The translations under genes were made by a program, and so were the position numbers. Positions 31,203 to 41,045 of a stretch of 64,000 nucleotides of DNA are shown one piece after another. Positions within the stretch are counted from its first letter, which is position 1, and each line of letters starts with the position of its first letter. The notes under the pieces are model-generated. The model saw nothing but the letters and a program-made list of their open reading frames with translations, was not told the origin of the DNA and did no database searches. The stretch comes from Bacteroidales bacterium (GTDB taxonomy: Bacteria; Bacteroidota; Bacteroidia; Bacteroidales; CAIWKO01), in NCBI GenBank assembly GCA_035389045.1, contig DAOORA010000016.1:1-64000 (forward strand), written 5' to 3'.

Positions 31203-31473
31203 GTGTCTGAATCGAAAAGTTCAGTTTCGAGGCCTGTCTGACTGGCCTGCCAGGCAGGCTTGCGAAGCGACAAAAAGCGGAGTTTACTGGGGTAAATGCG
31301 CCGTGCTGAGTTTATCGAAGCAAGCATTTTTGGAGCAAGCGTAACCCTGCCCGACTGCGGCAGCGATTTTTTATAGGAGATAATCTCACAGAAATATTTT
31401 AATCAGTAACGGGAATTTGTAAGATGATCCTATGCTATAAAATCGCTGTCCGGTCAGGCGGGCTTTCCGACAC
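31203..31473. repeat. MITE-like scaffold carrying nested palindromic inserts
   Basis: Ends GTGTCTGAA / TTCCGACAC. Inserts CCTGTCTGAC..CAGGCAGG, GCCGTGCTGAGTTTATCGAAG and CCTGCCCGAC..GTCAGGCGGG. Confidence 0.55.
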
Positions 31474-31625
31474 AAAGTAATCTGCTGTTGTTAATTTTTT
31501 CTATTTATTATGTTGTCTAAATATGTATAATCTTTCCTGCTTAAATGTCATGTCTATTATTATGATAATATCGTAACAATAAGCAGTTAAATTAGCATTT
31601 AAATATCATAATTGGGTAGCATTTG

Positions 31626-32063
31626 TCACCAATAGATTACTTTTGAATTAGTGATTGAATTAGAGTTCTCATAAAAATCAATTTTGCATTTCCCATTGTT
31701 CCCTTCAAATGTCATGTCCAAATCAATTGAACCTGATTTATTAGAAATGAATTCTTGTTGATCACTGCTATAGTCACTTACACTCCATCCGTTGCCTTCT
31801 GCATAAAACCATGTACTTGATGGTCCAACTCCAGCCTGGCCTGATAAATTTGTCAATATAATCTTTAAATCAGCCTTTTTTCCTAGTTCTGCAGCAAAGG
31901 AATAATCTGTTGAGCTGGTAATTGTATCAGAGTCCTGAAGTGAAAGAATATTTACTCCATAAAATCCAGATGAAGGATACTCGATTTTTTGTTTCTCTTC
32001 TTTATCGCATCCGTATAAAAATGCTGAAGTAATTAAGATAATGTAAAAAGATAGTTGTCTCAT
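31626..32063 (-). CDS. Hypothetical lipoprotein (last gene of the array)
   Basis: Lipobox LYGC. AT-rich. Confidence 0.75.
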   Translation of the reverse strand: MRQLSFYIILITSAFLYGCDKEEKQKIEYPSSGFYGVNILSLQDSDTITSSTDYSFAAELGKKADLKIILTNLSGQAGVGPSSTWFYAEGNGWSVSDYSSDQQEFISNKSGSIDLDMTFEGNNGKCKIDFYENSNSITNSKVIYW

Positions 32064-32106
32064 GATATATTTTTATTGTGATTTACTATTGACTACCTAC
32101 AATTGC

Positions 32107-32250
32107 AGATAACGAGCCCGTCTGGGATCCGCCACGGCGGACGGCGTCGTTTTAAAAGCCGTTTCCTGTCCTAATAACACCGCCGCTTGATAAAAGAACT
32201 GCACTGTCCTAAAACCCCGCTGCCCCTCTGATAGCAAGCCTTTGTAAGCA
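32107..32250 (-). other. attC-like site (degenerate, with palindromic insert)
   Basis: On the minus strand, TGCTTAC lies 4 bp after the upstream stop and the element ends CTCGTTATCT. Confidence 0.55.
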
Positions 32251-32254
32251 ATTG

Positions 32255-32731
32255 TTAATTGTGTTTTTCCACCATATTAATAAGTGTTGTGTCCCAGGAT
32301 TTTTGTTCCGTATATTTCTTATAAGGTTCGACATATTTTTTTGCCATTTCATGCTGCTGATTTAAAAAATAAATGAGGCAAAGATGATAATAAGATTCAC
32401 CATTATTTTTGTCGATGGTCACGCACTTATTATAACATGAAATGGCTAAATCGTTATAAGCTTTTTGTCCGTCGTCTATCGCAGCCATACCTTGATAAGT
32501 CATGCCCAAGTCATTATAATATAAATAAAGTCCATTTGAAATTCTTGCCGTGTCAATTTCTAATAAGTTTTTCAGAGTCGAGTTTACAGTTGATGAGTCA
32601 AATTGTGCACAAGAAAATTTGAGGATTTCTGGTCTTATTTTTTCATAGTCAATGTCATTTTTACATGCGGTCAATAAAACTATGATAAGGATGCAAAAAG
32701 TCGTTGAATATTTTTTATGTAATGATTCCAT
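32255..32731 (-). CDS. TPR-like lipoprotein
   Basis: Lipobox LTAC, with helical YNDLG...A...Y.K and YY.L..IY repeats. Confidence 0.7.
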   Translation of the reverse strand: MESLHKKYSTTFCILIIVLLTACKNDIDYEKIRPEILKFSCAQFDSSTVNSTLKNLLEIDTARISNGLYLYYNDLGMTYQGMAAIDDGQKAYNDLAISCYNKCVTIDKNNGESYYHLCLIYFLNQQHEMAKKYVEPYKKYTEQKSWDTTLINMVEKHN

Positions 32732-32749
32732 TTTTTTATTTAAATAAAT

Positions 32750-32877
32750 GCATAACGGTCGAGGCTATATGCAGTGAGGGATTGCGAGCTGTTTTCCTGT
32801 CTGCAGACACCGAAATTTGAGCGGGGCAGAATGCTTGAATTACTACTGAAATCCTTATTGCATATAGCCTTTAGGGG
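32750..32877 (-). other. attC-like site
   Basis: Arms AGGCTATATGCAGTGAGGGATT / AATCCTTATTGCATATAGCCT. R' GTTATGC, R'' CCCCTAA(A). Confidence 0.75.
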
Positions 32878-32929
32878 TTCGGTGTTTGTTGTGATATCTT
32901 TCAATTTAGTTGTGTCTTTAATTTCGAGT

Positions 32930-33997
32930 TCAGAACTTATTTTTCTTCATATCTTTTTTGTAGTTTTTAATCACTTTCCCAAACTCTTTATCTTTTTTTC
33001 GTCTCTCTTCAATTGTTGATTCAAAATGTGCTTTTTCCCGCTCCATTTTCAGATAGTTTTCAAAGGATTTTTTGTCAATTTCTCCATTTTTAACTGCTTC
33101 AATTACGGAACAACCGACTTCATTTATATGTGTACAATCCTTAAATTTGCAATTTAGAGAAAGACGGATAATTCTGTCATAAGTAGTTTCTAATCCGCTT
33201 GAAGTATCTGCAATTCCGACTTCTCTCATTCCCGGATTGTCAACAAGAATTCCACCACTTTCAAGAATAATTAATTCCCTATGACTTGTTATGTGTCTTC
33301 CTTTATTTGTGCTTTGGCTTATTGAATCCGTTCTCATTAAAGTTTTCCCTGAGAGATTGTTCAATAATGTTGACTTCCCCACTCCTGAAGAACCAAGCAT
33401 ACAATAGGTTTTACCTTTCTCAATATTCATTTTAAGTATACCGTATCCATCCTGAGTTTCGTTACTAATTGCATAAACTACAATGTTTTTTATTCGTTGT
33501 TTAATACTGTCAGAAATTTCAGTAACCTTTTGTTCATTTATTAAATCAGTTTTTGTCAATACAATTATTGGTTTTACTTTAGATGAATAACAAATTGTCA
33601 GGTATCTCTCAAGTCTGTTGATATTGAAGTCTCTGTCAATAGCTTGAATCAGAAATGCATAATCAATATTTGTTGCTATTATTTGTATCTCTCCGAATTG
33701 ACCAACGGCTTGTCTTGTAATCATTGATAGTCGCGGAAGTGTTTGATGGATTACCGAAAATCCAGCATCATACGTTGTCAATGCAACCCAATCGCCAACC
33801 GCAGGGAAATCTATACGGCTTTTTGCTGAAAACCGTAAATTTCCTGTTATTTCGGCTTCATATTCACCGTTTTCGGTTTTTACAATATATCTTTCCTTAT
33901 GTTCCGCAACGACTCTTCCAATCTCAAAGTCAGAAAGGTTATTCTCAACTCTTAATTTTTGGAGTTCGTCATTGTATCCAAAATCTTCTAATTTCAT
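32930..33997 (-). CDS. rsgA: Ribosome small subunit-dependent GTPase RsgA (long paralog type)
   Basis: Motifs AVGDWV, TKTD, GSSGVGKST, GRHIT, DNPG, C.F.DC.H..E.GC. Confidence 0.92.
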   Translation of the reverse strand: MKLEDFGYNDELQKLRVENNLSDFEIGRVVAEHKERYIVKTENGEYEAEITGNLRFSAKSRIDFPAVGDWVALTTYDAGFSVIHQTLPRLSMITRQAVGQFGEIQIIATNIDYAFLIQAIDRDFNINRLERYLTICYSSKVKPIIVLTKTDLINEQKVTEISDSIKQRIKNIVVYAISNETQDGYGILKMNIEKGKTYCMLGSSGVGKSTLLNNLSGKTLMRTDSISQSTNKGRHITSHRELIILESGGILVDNPGMREVGIADTSSGLETTYDRIIRLSLNCKFKDCTHINEVGCSVIEAVKNGEIDKKSFENYLKMEREKAHFESTIEERRKKDKEFGKVIKNYKKDMKKNKF

Positions 33998-34054
33998 AAC
34001 TTCTGCAATGTTTTTCTTTTTTCACACTGACCGCTAAAGGATTGGCTCTTTAAA

Positions 34055-34173
34055 TATTTCAAAATTACAAATTTATTTTATAGAAGCAAATAAGCGGGTG
34101 TAATTTTTCCAGCGGGTGAAAGTCCCTTCCTTAGGCTCTCACTAAAGGCTTAGCCGGTAGGGCAGCCTGCTCG
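34055..34173 (-). promoter_or_regulatory. Repeated promoter module, copy A
   Basis: 34055-34123 matches 36068-36136 (about 62/69) and 34156-34173 equals 36248-36265. Contains a TAATTTTG (-7) box facing rsgA. Confidence 0.6.
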
Positions 34174-34221
34174 TTTATGCGTTTGTGCTACTTAATTGTT
34201 CACCCTATCACAAGCTACCTT

Positions 34222-36000
34222 CTACAGTTTAATCAATTTTAATGGAGGCTGTTCATTATTTTTTAGCCGAATAAAGTACAGCCCATTTGGTAAATCCGCA
34301 ACACTAAGGCTTGTTGCTCCTGATACATCCATTACTTTTGTTAAACATCCGGTTGCGCTATAAATTTGAATTTCTTCCTGTACAGGGTATTTCGCAAATA
34401 TAATAGTAATAGTTTCCGATGCAGGGTTTGGAAATATACTCCAGAATAATTCCTGATCTCTTACCTCAATACCAACAACTCCACAATCATATTGCAGAAC
34501 GTAAGAAGTAGTGTCTAAAGGACAATTAGAGTTGGGGTTAATGACTTTACATTCGTATTTTCCTTCTGTAGATATAAACAATGTGTCTTCATTGGTCATA
34601 AATGATAAAAGCGTATCATTTTTAAACCATAGAATATTTTCTGAACCGGATAAGAAACCGTTTATATGTAATACGGCAAATGGCACAGTATCACCTATGC
34701 AAGGGTCACCCAATGCATCAAAGTAATAACCGGGCCATACAGCACTTTCTGTATATAATTCTGATAATTCAGAACAACCATTAACGGTAGAAATAACGGA
34801 AAATCCCGAAATATTATATTGAAAATAATCTGGTAAATATTGATTGGTTTCAGGTAAAGGAACGCCATAAGCAAACCATTGATAGGAATCTGCTGCTTGT
34901 GTCCAAAGTGTATCATAATTGCACAACCAGGGAAGTGTTGTATAAATGGTTGGTGAATGGCTGCAGAATTGAATAATAGTATCCGCAAGGCTGGTGTGCA
35001 ACCCTTGCAAATCGCAATTTGTTGTCGTTAATGAAACCGTGTATGTTCCGTTCGTTACATAGGAATGAGTTGGATTTGTTGTGGAAGAAGTATTGCCATC
35101 TCCAAAATCCCAAAAATATGTTTGCAGAACGCCTTGGTTCATTGGGCTAAAAATTACTTCATTAATACCAGAACCTATCTGATAGCTAAAGTTAGCTATG
35201 GGTAGTCTCTTAAAATCCCATAATTGTAAACTGTCGAACACTTGTGTTTTTACTGCATTTTTTATAATGGAAGCATCGCTTGCATTTAATCCGAAATTAT
35301 AAGTAATCAATGTGGGGTCTTTTTTAAAAAGGGTTGCATAAAAGCAACATGCAGCAGCATAAGAACCCGCTACTGAAGGGTGACTTTCGTCTGCCTGGTA
35401 CAATTCAATGCTGGGATAATTTTGTCGCAGGTAATTCCACACAACTGAAACAGGAGATACTTCTCCATTAATAAAAGCCGTGAGGTTTAAATACCGGTTC
35501 CTTATGGTCGTGTCCATACCTTGATAAGTACACATTACGGGGAAGGTAGCGCAATTTGATGCATCTCCGTTTTTTCTTCCCCAGGTCATATAGGGCATTG
35601 TTACTGCACATGGATTATATTGTTTTATCAGGTTATTTAAAGCGGAGCCACCACTGTTAAATTGACTGTAAAACGTAATAGGCTCCTGGCTTTGTCCCTG
35701 AATAACTGCATAATCCCAACCACCAGTCATTATTTTAGTTTGACTGGTAACATCAAGGCTATGATCTATTAATTGATATCCTCCGGGAGTATAACTATCA
35801 AAAACCAACGTATCTCCGGCTGACAAGGCAACGTCATGCACAATTTGCGGTAAATTATTAACCCCGGTATAACTGTTCCCAAGGAACAGCACTTTATAAC
35901 TGAGTTGAGCTTTTAATTCATATCCTGAAATACAGAAGAATGAATTAAACAAAACGATAATTAAATGATTTATTTTATTGATGGTTGAATATTTTCGCAT
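34222..36000 (-). CDS. SGNH-like (DUF4886-like) + PKD domain protein with T9SS CTD
   Basis: Motifs FLGNSYT, D.SHPS..GSY, WDFGDG..S...NP.H.Y, IFPNP. Confidence 0.85.
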   Translation of the reverse strand: MRKYSTINKINHLIIVLFNSFFCISGYELKAQLSYKVLFLGNSYTGVNNLPQIVHDVALSAGDTLVFDSYTPGGYQLIDHSLDVTSQTKIMTGGWDYAVIQGQSQEPITFYSQFNSGGSALNNLIKQYNPCAVTMPYMTWGRKNGDASNCATFPVMCTYQGMDTTIRNRYLNLTAFINGEVSPVSVVWNYLRQNYPSIELYQADESHPSVAGSYAAACCFYATLFKKDPTLITYNFGLNASDASIIKNAVKTQVFDSLQLWDFKRLPIANFSYQIGSGINEVIFSPMNQGVLQTYFWDFGDGNTSSTTNPTHSYVTNGTYTVSLTTTNCDLQGLHTSLADTIIQFCSHSPTIYTTLPWLCNYDTLWTQAADSYQWFAYGVPLPETNQYLPDYFQYNISGFSVISTVNGCSELSELYTESAVWPGYYFDALGDPCIGDTVPFAVLHINGFLSGSENILWFKNDTLLSFMTNEDTLFISTEGKYECKVINPNSNCPLDTTSYVLQYDCGVVGIEVRDQELFWSIFPNPASETITIIFAKYPVQEEIQIYSATGCLTKVMDVSGATSLSVADLPNGLYFIRLKNNEQPPLKLIKL

Positions 36001-36067
36001 TTGAAGGTTTCTAAGAATTTATCACGTATATGAATTACCGATTGCGATCCGGCTGCTGCGCTATAAG

Positions 36068-36265
36068 TATTTCAAAATTACGAATTTATTTTATAGAAAC
36101 AAACAATCCGGTGTGATTTTTCCAGAGGGTGAAAGTTATGCCCTTCGACTGTTATAGTTATAGAAGCTCTAAGGCGGGATGCTGATTACGGGGAAATTGC
36201 TCCATTTGCCAGTGGGCGGAAACTGCTGTCTGCTGAAGCGGATTGCTGGTAGGGCAGCCTGCTCG
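36068..36265 (-). promoter_or_regulatory. Repeated promoter module, copy B
   Basis: Same module as copy A. TAATTTTG at 36073-36080 faces the 34222..36000 gene. Confidence 0.6.
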
Positions 36266-36338
36266 ATGATTGGCTGGCATTATTTTATTCTCTTTCCGAT
36301 ATAAAACATATAGCCATAGTACGCTTTGTATTTGTTAT

Positions 36339-36509
36339 GGGCACCTCTAAAAACTTCAAATTTCTTTGTTCGTCTTCGTTCTTCAAATCCTTGCGTCCGG
36401 CAGGCTCAGCACAGGCATATACGCTATGTACACTGCGGTTTTCAGAACTTCGACTGCCTCGAACTTTTTTGTTTCTATAGGCGTCCGATCCAGGTTTTTA
36501 GAGATGCCC
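36339..36509. mobile_element. MITE with 16-bp terminal inverted repeats
   Basis: GGGCACCTCTAAAAAC ... GTTTTTAGAGATGCCC (1 mismatch). Contains a GGCAGGCTCAGCACAGGC REP-like insert. Confidence 0.75.
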
Positions 36510-36664
36510 TTATATAATTCTGCTTCATATCGCTGGTATCGATTGTTACTATAGCCTATCGAATTGGCGGTTGCTCTTCGGTGGCGCTTATACTATTATA
36601 CTTCCTACGAAGAACAAAGGTTTCAATATGCTCGACACTGTCATAAAAAGCACTGTACTGCAAC

Positions 36665-36775
36665 TGACAGCAACCGCCTGATAGACCAAAAAGCCCGATA
36701 AACATTAGGATTTATCGGGCTTTTTGCTCCGCCGCGGCGGAAGGGCTTTTCGGCTATCACTCTATGTGTTTAAAT
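36665..36775 (-). other. attC-like site, paralog of 41046-41162 (degenerate right end)
   Basis: Shares AACACATAGAGTGATAGCCGAAAAGCCC...CAAAAAGCCCGATAAATCCTAATGTTTATCGGGCTTTTTGGTCTAT with 41081-41158. Starts just after the ATPase stop. Confidence 0.6.
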
Positions 36776-36778
36776 TTA

Positions 36779-38011
36779 TCATCCTACTTTTTCTAGCAGC
36801 CATTCAAATACATTTTTATGAATTATTCCTGCTCTGTTTTGAGTAAAAGACTCAGTCGAAAGCAAATATTTCGGATAATTGTCTTTTACTTTTTCTAAGG
36901 GTGCAAATTCACGTTTTTCGGTTTCAGGATTTGAAATCTCCCAAGCAACTTGATAATATTCAATGTCTCCATTACGATTCTTTACAATAAAATCAATTTC
37001 TGCATCTCTAAGTGTTCCTGTCCAAATTTTATATCCTCTCCTTAGAAGTTCAAGATATACTACATTTTCAAGAATATGACCTCTGTTTGATATTCTTTCT
37101 CGTCCGACAAGTACATTCAGCAATCCTAAATCTACGAGATAATATTTTTCTTGAGTGGCAAGTTGTTTTTTCCCTTTTATATCAAAACGATGCACACAAT
37201 AGAAAACAAAACTTTCAACTAAATAAAGTATAAATTTATCTACCGTTGCATGATGAACACTCTGTCCGTCAACTTTTAAAGCTTTTGATATACTACTAGG
37301 TGACATTTGGCTACCGATATTCGATGCGACAAATTTTATAACGTTATTAAATGCTCGTTTATCATTTATTTTATTTCTTTGCATAATATCTTTTTCAATA
37401 ATTGTCGCATATAAAGCTTCAAGATATTCGTAAATTTTATCAAAACCGTCTTCACGTAGTTCAACTCCTTTGGGTAAAGATGTTTCATTTACAAAATCGT
37501 AAAATAATGCGTCATAATTTAGGTATTTATTATTATAATCAATACCTCTAAATTTCAGATATTCAGCAAATGAAAATGGTAAAATAGAAATATCAATATA
37601 TCTACCACTCAGCAAAGTAGCCAATTCACTCGATAAAAGGTTGGCATTTGAACCTGTGATATAAACATCAATATTTTCTGTGGCATAAAGCCCATCAACT
37701 AATTTCTCAAAATCCGGAATATTCTGAATTTCATCAAGAAATATATAGTTTTCTTTTTCTATAACTATTTTTGATTTTATCTCAAAATAGATGTCATCCC
37801 ACTTTTTATTTAGATAATTCTCAGGTAATTCATAATTATATAACTGAGTCTGTTCGGGTTTTACACCATTAGAAATCAAACGATTTTTGAACATCGTTAA
37901 TAGTGTGGATTTTCCTGAACGGCGTAATCCAGTCACTACTTTGATAATGTCTTTATCCTTGTACGATAATAATTTATCTATATATTCTTTTCTTTCTATT
38001 AAATCTTTCAT
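36779..38011 (-). CDS. AAA_14 ATPase with DUF4143 domain
   Basis: Motifs GLRRSGKS, FLDEIQ, TGSN, LSGR, LENVV..EL, EIDF. Has its own TATCTTTG box upstream. Confidence 0.9.
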   Translation of the reverse strand: MKDLIERKEYIDKLLSYKDKDIIKVVTGLRRSGKSTLLTMFKNRLISNGVKPEQTQLYNYELPENYLNKKWDDIYFEIKSKIVIEKENYIFLDEIQNIPDFEKLVDGLYATENIDVYITGSNANLLSSELATLLSGRYIDISILPFSFAEYLKFRGIDYNNKYLNYDALFYDFVNETSLPKGVELREDGFDKIYEYLEALYATIIEKDIMQRNKINDKRAFNNVIKFVASNIGSQMSPSSISKALKVDGQSVHHATVDKFILYLVESFVFYCVHRFDIKGKKQLATQEKYYLVDLGLLNVLVGRERISNRGHILENVVYLELLRRGYKIWTGTLRDAEIDFIVKNRNGDIEYYQVAWEISNPETEKREFAPLEKVKDNYPKYLLSTESFTQNRAGIIHKNVFEWLLEKVG

Positions 38012-38077
38012 AGTACAAAGATAATTAAATTATCAAAACCATCAAAAATTGCAAGTTTTGATAATATATGACACTTT

Positions 38078-38187
38078 GTCGGGTAACTCAGGCTGATTAC
38101 TCCGCCCTTGTCCCCTAAGAACCGTACTTGAACCTTTCAATTCATACGGCTCAGGCTCTCTATAGGCGGATTAAACCACCCGGCAAT
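38078..38187 (-). ncRNA. Group II intron 3' fragment (end of DIV, DV, DVI), copy 1
   Basis: Minus strand reads GAGCCGTATGAATTGAAAGGTTCAAGTACGGTTC (DV, 38119-38152) then TTAGGGGAC...TTACCCGAC. Confidence 0.85.
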
Positions 38188-38320
38188 ATACAAAAAAATT
38201 CAGTGAATACGTCAGCGGTATTTTCTTTTTAAGAAATAAGCAACACCCGCCAAACGTAAAAATCCCGTTCTACATCCGGTTTCTTGAAAAGTTTGGTGTG
38301 GACATAATGCTGTGCCCCGC

Positions 38321-38416
38321 TTGTAACGATCAGGTGCTGCTGCATGGCGGGATATCTTTGATGACACGCTGAATGTCGCAATACAGTCTCCCGCTTGTAG
38401 CAGCACAAAGTTATGC
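38321..38416 (-). other. attC-like site
   Basis: R'' GCATAAC 7 bp after the stop. Arms GTGCTGCTACAAGCGGGA / TCCCGCCATGCAGCAGCAC. R' GTTACAA. Confidence 0.8.
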
Positions 38417-38423
38417 ACTGCGT

Positions 38424-40451
38424 TCATTGTTTTATAAATTTAATCACTTCAATTCTTTTATCGGTTTTAACTTTCACAAAATATATTCCGTTGGCTAAAT
38501 CACCAATATTTACAAGTGTTTTTTTATTATTTACTTTTTGTTTTAAAATTTTCTGTCCGTTTATATTATATATATTTAGCTCACTGTAGCCTAAACTTGA
38601 AGGTTTTTCTATGATTATATAAGAAGAGGATGGATTGGGATAAATAGAAATATCGCCTTTTTCAATTATTTCCTGCATACCTGTAATTAGAGATAATGGA
38701 CGCTTCCAGATGCTACTACCGTGAGTACCGCAATACATTACACTATCTGTTGCAGCCAAACAGATAATACTCTTATTTAATAAGCCGTCATTAAAATCGC
38801 ACCATGTCTCTCCATAATCCGTTGTTGAATAAATACCGCCATATCGCGCGGCTGTATAAATTACATTATTATATCTGACAAAAGTAGCAAAATGCAATCC
38901 CAACAGTCCATTGTCTTTAAGGAGCCATGTTTCGCCATTATCCGATGAAACGTAGACGTGACCTGTACAATATATACCTGTAAATAAATGTTCATCATAT
39001 TTTTTAATGGTGAGCACATTGGTACTGCTTAACCCATTATTTTTTTGCGACCAATTTAAGCAAAAATCATCGGAACGGTAGATTCCATTATCCGTTGCTA
39101 CATAAACAAATGGGCTGTCAATTTCAATGGCTTTAATATTCGTGGTTGTGACAAATTGATCAAAATCCGACAAATTCCATTGCAAGCAATTATCATTGGA
39201 TATGAATATTTTGCCTGAGGAAGTACCTGCAAAAAAAATGTTTCCATAATTTGCCAGTGACAAAATATTAAAATCATACATATTAGTTATGCCATTATTC
39301 AAGGGAATCCAGTTGCCCGAACCGGAACTTTTATAGAATATGCCAGTATTGGTACCTGCATACAAACCTGAATTTTTCATTAAATAACAATTAATATTTG
39401 TAAAGATTCCTGAGGAAATCATTGTCCATGTATTTCCATTATTGTTTGTTAATAAAACATGTCCGTTGATGTCGTTGGCATATATACTGTCTGCAGCTGA
39501 TATGACAGAGTTAATATAGGAAGATTTCAGCCCATTATTTGCCTGATGCCAGATATATGTATTGGTATCGGCTTTATAAACACCGCTTTTAACAGTACCT
39601 AATAATACATCGTTACCAAGAATAATCATGCTGTAGATATCAAAGTCTCCAAGCCCGGTGTTGTGAGAAGTCCATGTTATACCATTGTCAGTTGTCACGC
39701 TGAAACCCTGTGTAGTAGCAACAAAGATTTTTGAACCAATTAATCCAATTGAAGTAACAGGAAGGTTGATGCCGGTTAAAGATGTCCAAATGTTTCCACC
39801 GTCATGTGAAGTGTAAATACCACTATTCAAACCGGCGTATATAGTAGAATCCTTTCCAATAACACAACCTACATTTTGCCCGGCAAATCCGCAGGATGTC
39901 CATAACAAATTATTTGTTTCTGTCTTACATACTCCTCCTCCTATAGTTCCTGCGAATATTGTATTATTTAAAATCCAGAGGGAATAGACATATAGATTTG
40001 TTAAACCAGTTGATGATTCATTCCAGTTTGTTCCGTCATTATAGGAAACAAAGAACCCACCCTCAGTTCCGGCATATATACAAGTGTCATTTGTAGCCAG
40101 GCAGTTTACTTTAAGATTTGACAGACCGGTATTGACAGTAGTCCATGTTATTCCGTAATCCGAAGATCTTAAAATCCCGCCTTCATAGGTTCCTGCAAAC
40201 AAAATATTATTCCTGATTGTTAAAGTTGTGATGTAGGGAAAATTCATATTCCCATTTATGGATTGCCAGTGTTCACCATTATCGGCTGATTTATATACAC
40301 CTCCGCCAAAAGTACCTGCAAAAATCAAAGAGTCATTTGATGCAAAACTGATAAATCTGCCACCTTCAGGACCATTTGTTTGCTGCCATTGGGCATTTGT
40401 ATTGAAAACAATACAAATAATTCCAATTAAAAGAAAAATTTGTTTTTTCAT
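38424..40451 (-). CDS. BNR/Asp-box beta-propeller protein with T9SS CTD
   Basis: Many AGT.GG..S.D.G..W...N.GL repeats and IYPNP. Confidence 0.88.
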   Translation of the reverse strand: MKKQIFLLIGIICIVFNTNAQWQQTNGPEGGRFISFASNDSLIFAGTFGGGVYKSADNGEHWQSINGNMNFPYITTLTIRNNILFAGTYEGGILRSSDYGITWTTVNTGLSNLKVNCLATNDTCIYAGTEGGFFVSYNDGTNWNESSTGLTNLYVYSLWILNNTIFAGTIGGGVCKTETNNLLWTSCGFAGQNVGCVIGKDSTIYAGLNSGIYTSHDGGNIWTSLTGINLPVTSIGLIGSKIFVATTQGFSVTTDNGITWTSHNTGLGDFDIYSMIILGNDVLLGTVKSGVYKADTNTYIWHQANNGLKSSYINSVISAADSIYANDINGHVLLTNNNGNTWTMISSGIFTNINCYLMKNSGLYAGTNTGIFYKSSGSGNWIPLNNGITNMYDFNILSLANYGNIFFAGTSSGKIFISNDNCLQWNLSDFDQFVTTTNIKAIEIDSPFVYVATDNGIYRSDDFCLNWSQKNNGLSSTNVLTIKKYDEHLFTGIYCTGHVYVSSDNGETWLLKDNGLLGLHFATFVRYNNVIYTAARYGGIYSTTDYGETWCDFNDGLLNKSIICLAATDSVMYCGTHGSSIWKRPLSLITGMQEIIEKGDISIYPNPSSSYIIIEKPSSLGYSELNIYNINGQKILKQKVNNKKTLVNIGDLANGIYFVKVKTDKRIEVIKFIKQ

Positions 40452-40495
40452 ATCTCCTTTTATGTAATGGTTAATATTTGCAGTATCATTTTTCT

Positions 40496-40605
40496 GTCGG
40501 GTAACTCAGGCTGATTACTCCGCCCTTGTCCCCTAAGAACCGTACTTGAACCTTTCAATTCATACGGCTCAGGCTCTCTATAGGCGGATTAAACCACCCG
40601 GCAAT
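40496..40605 (-). ncRNA. Group II intron 3' fragment, copy 2
   Basis: Identical to copy 1 at offset 2418. Confidence 0.85.
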
Positions 40606-40655
40606 ATACAAAAAAATTCAGTGAATACGTCAGCGGTATTTTCTTTTTAAGAAAT

Positions 40656-41035
40656 AAGCAACACCCGCCAAACGTAAAAATCCCTTTCTACATCCGGTTT
40701 CTTGAAAAGTTTGGTGTGGACATTATGCTGTGCCCTGCTTGCAAGAAAGCTAAGTTACAGCTTGTCGGGGCGGTGTTCCCCAACATCAGGGGAAACCCGA
40801 AAATTAAACGCTTTGAAGCTTTATGATAATAATGTGCTTTGCTCCTTTGGAGCGAAACGCTATCATATTGCCCTCTCCCGCCAAATTGACCTTAAATCCC
40901 AAAAACATTAATATTTCACCAACAATAAAATCGTGCTCCAATGAAAAAGCAACACATAATTTTAGCAAAACGGAATTTTTATATGTATCTCTGTATAGCC
41001 CAAATCTCAAAAACATCGCTACTTTTTCCCCTAAG
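40656..41035 (+). pseudogene. C-terminal remnant of an IS91-family (Y2) transposase plus downstream element end
   Basis: Frame 40656-40826 reads KQHPPNVKIPFYIRFLEKFGVDIMLCPACKKAKLQLVGAVFPNIRGNPKIKRFEAL*. CPxC...RGxP is typical of these tails. Partial copy at 38238-38326. Confidence 0.55.
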
Positions 41036-41045
41036 GTGAAAGTTC

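Noticed and set aside
38212..38427. 71-aa ORF as a group II intron maturase tail
   Set aside because: It runs through an attC-like site and is antisense to the IS91-like fragment. It has no RT or maturase motifs.
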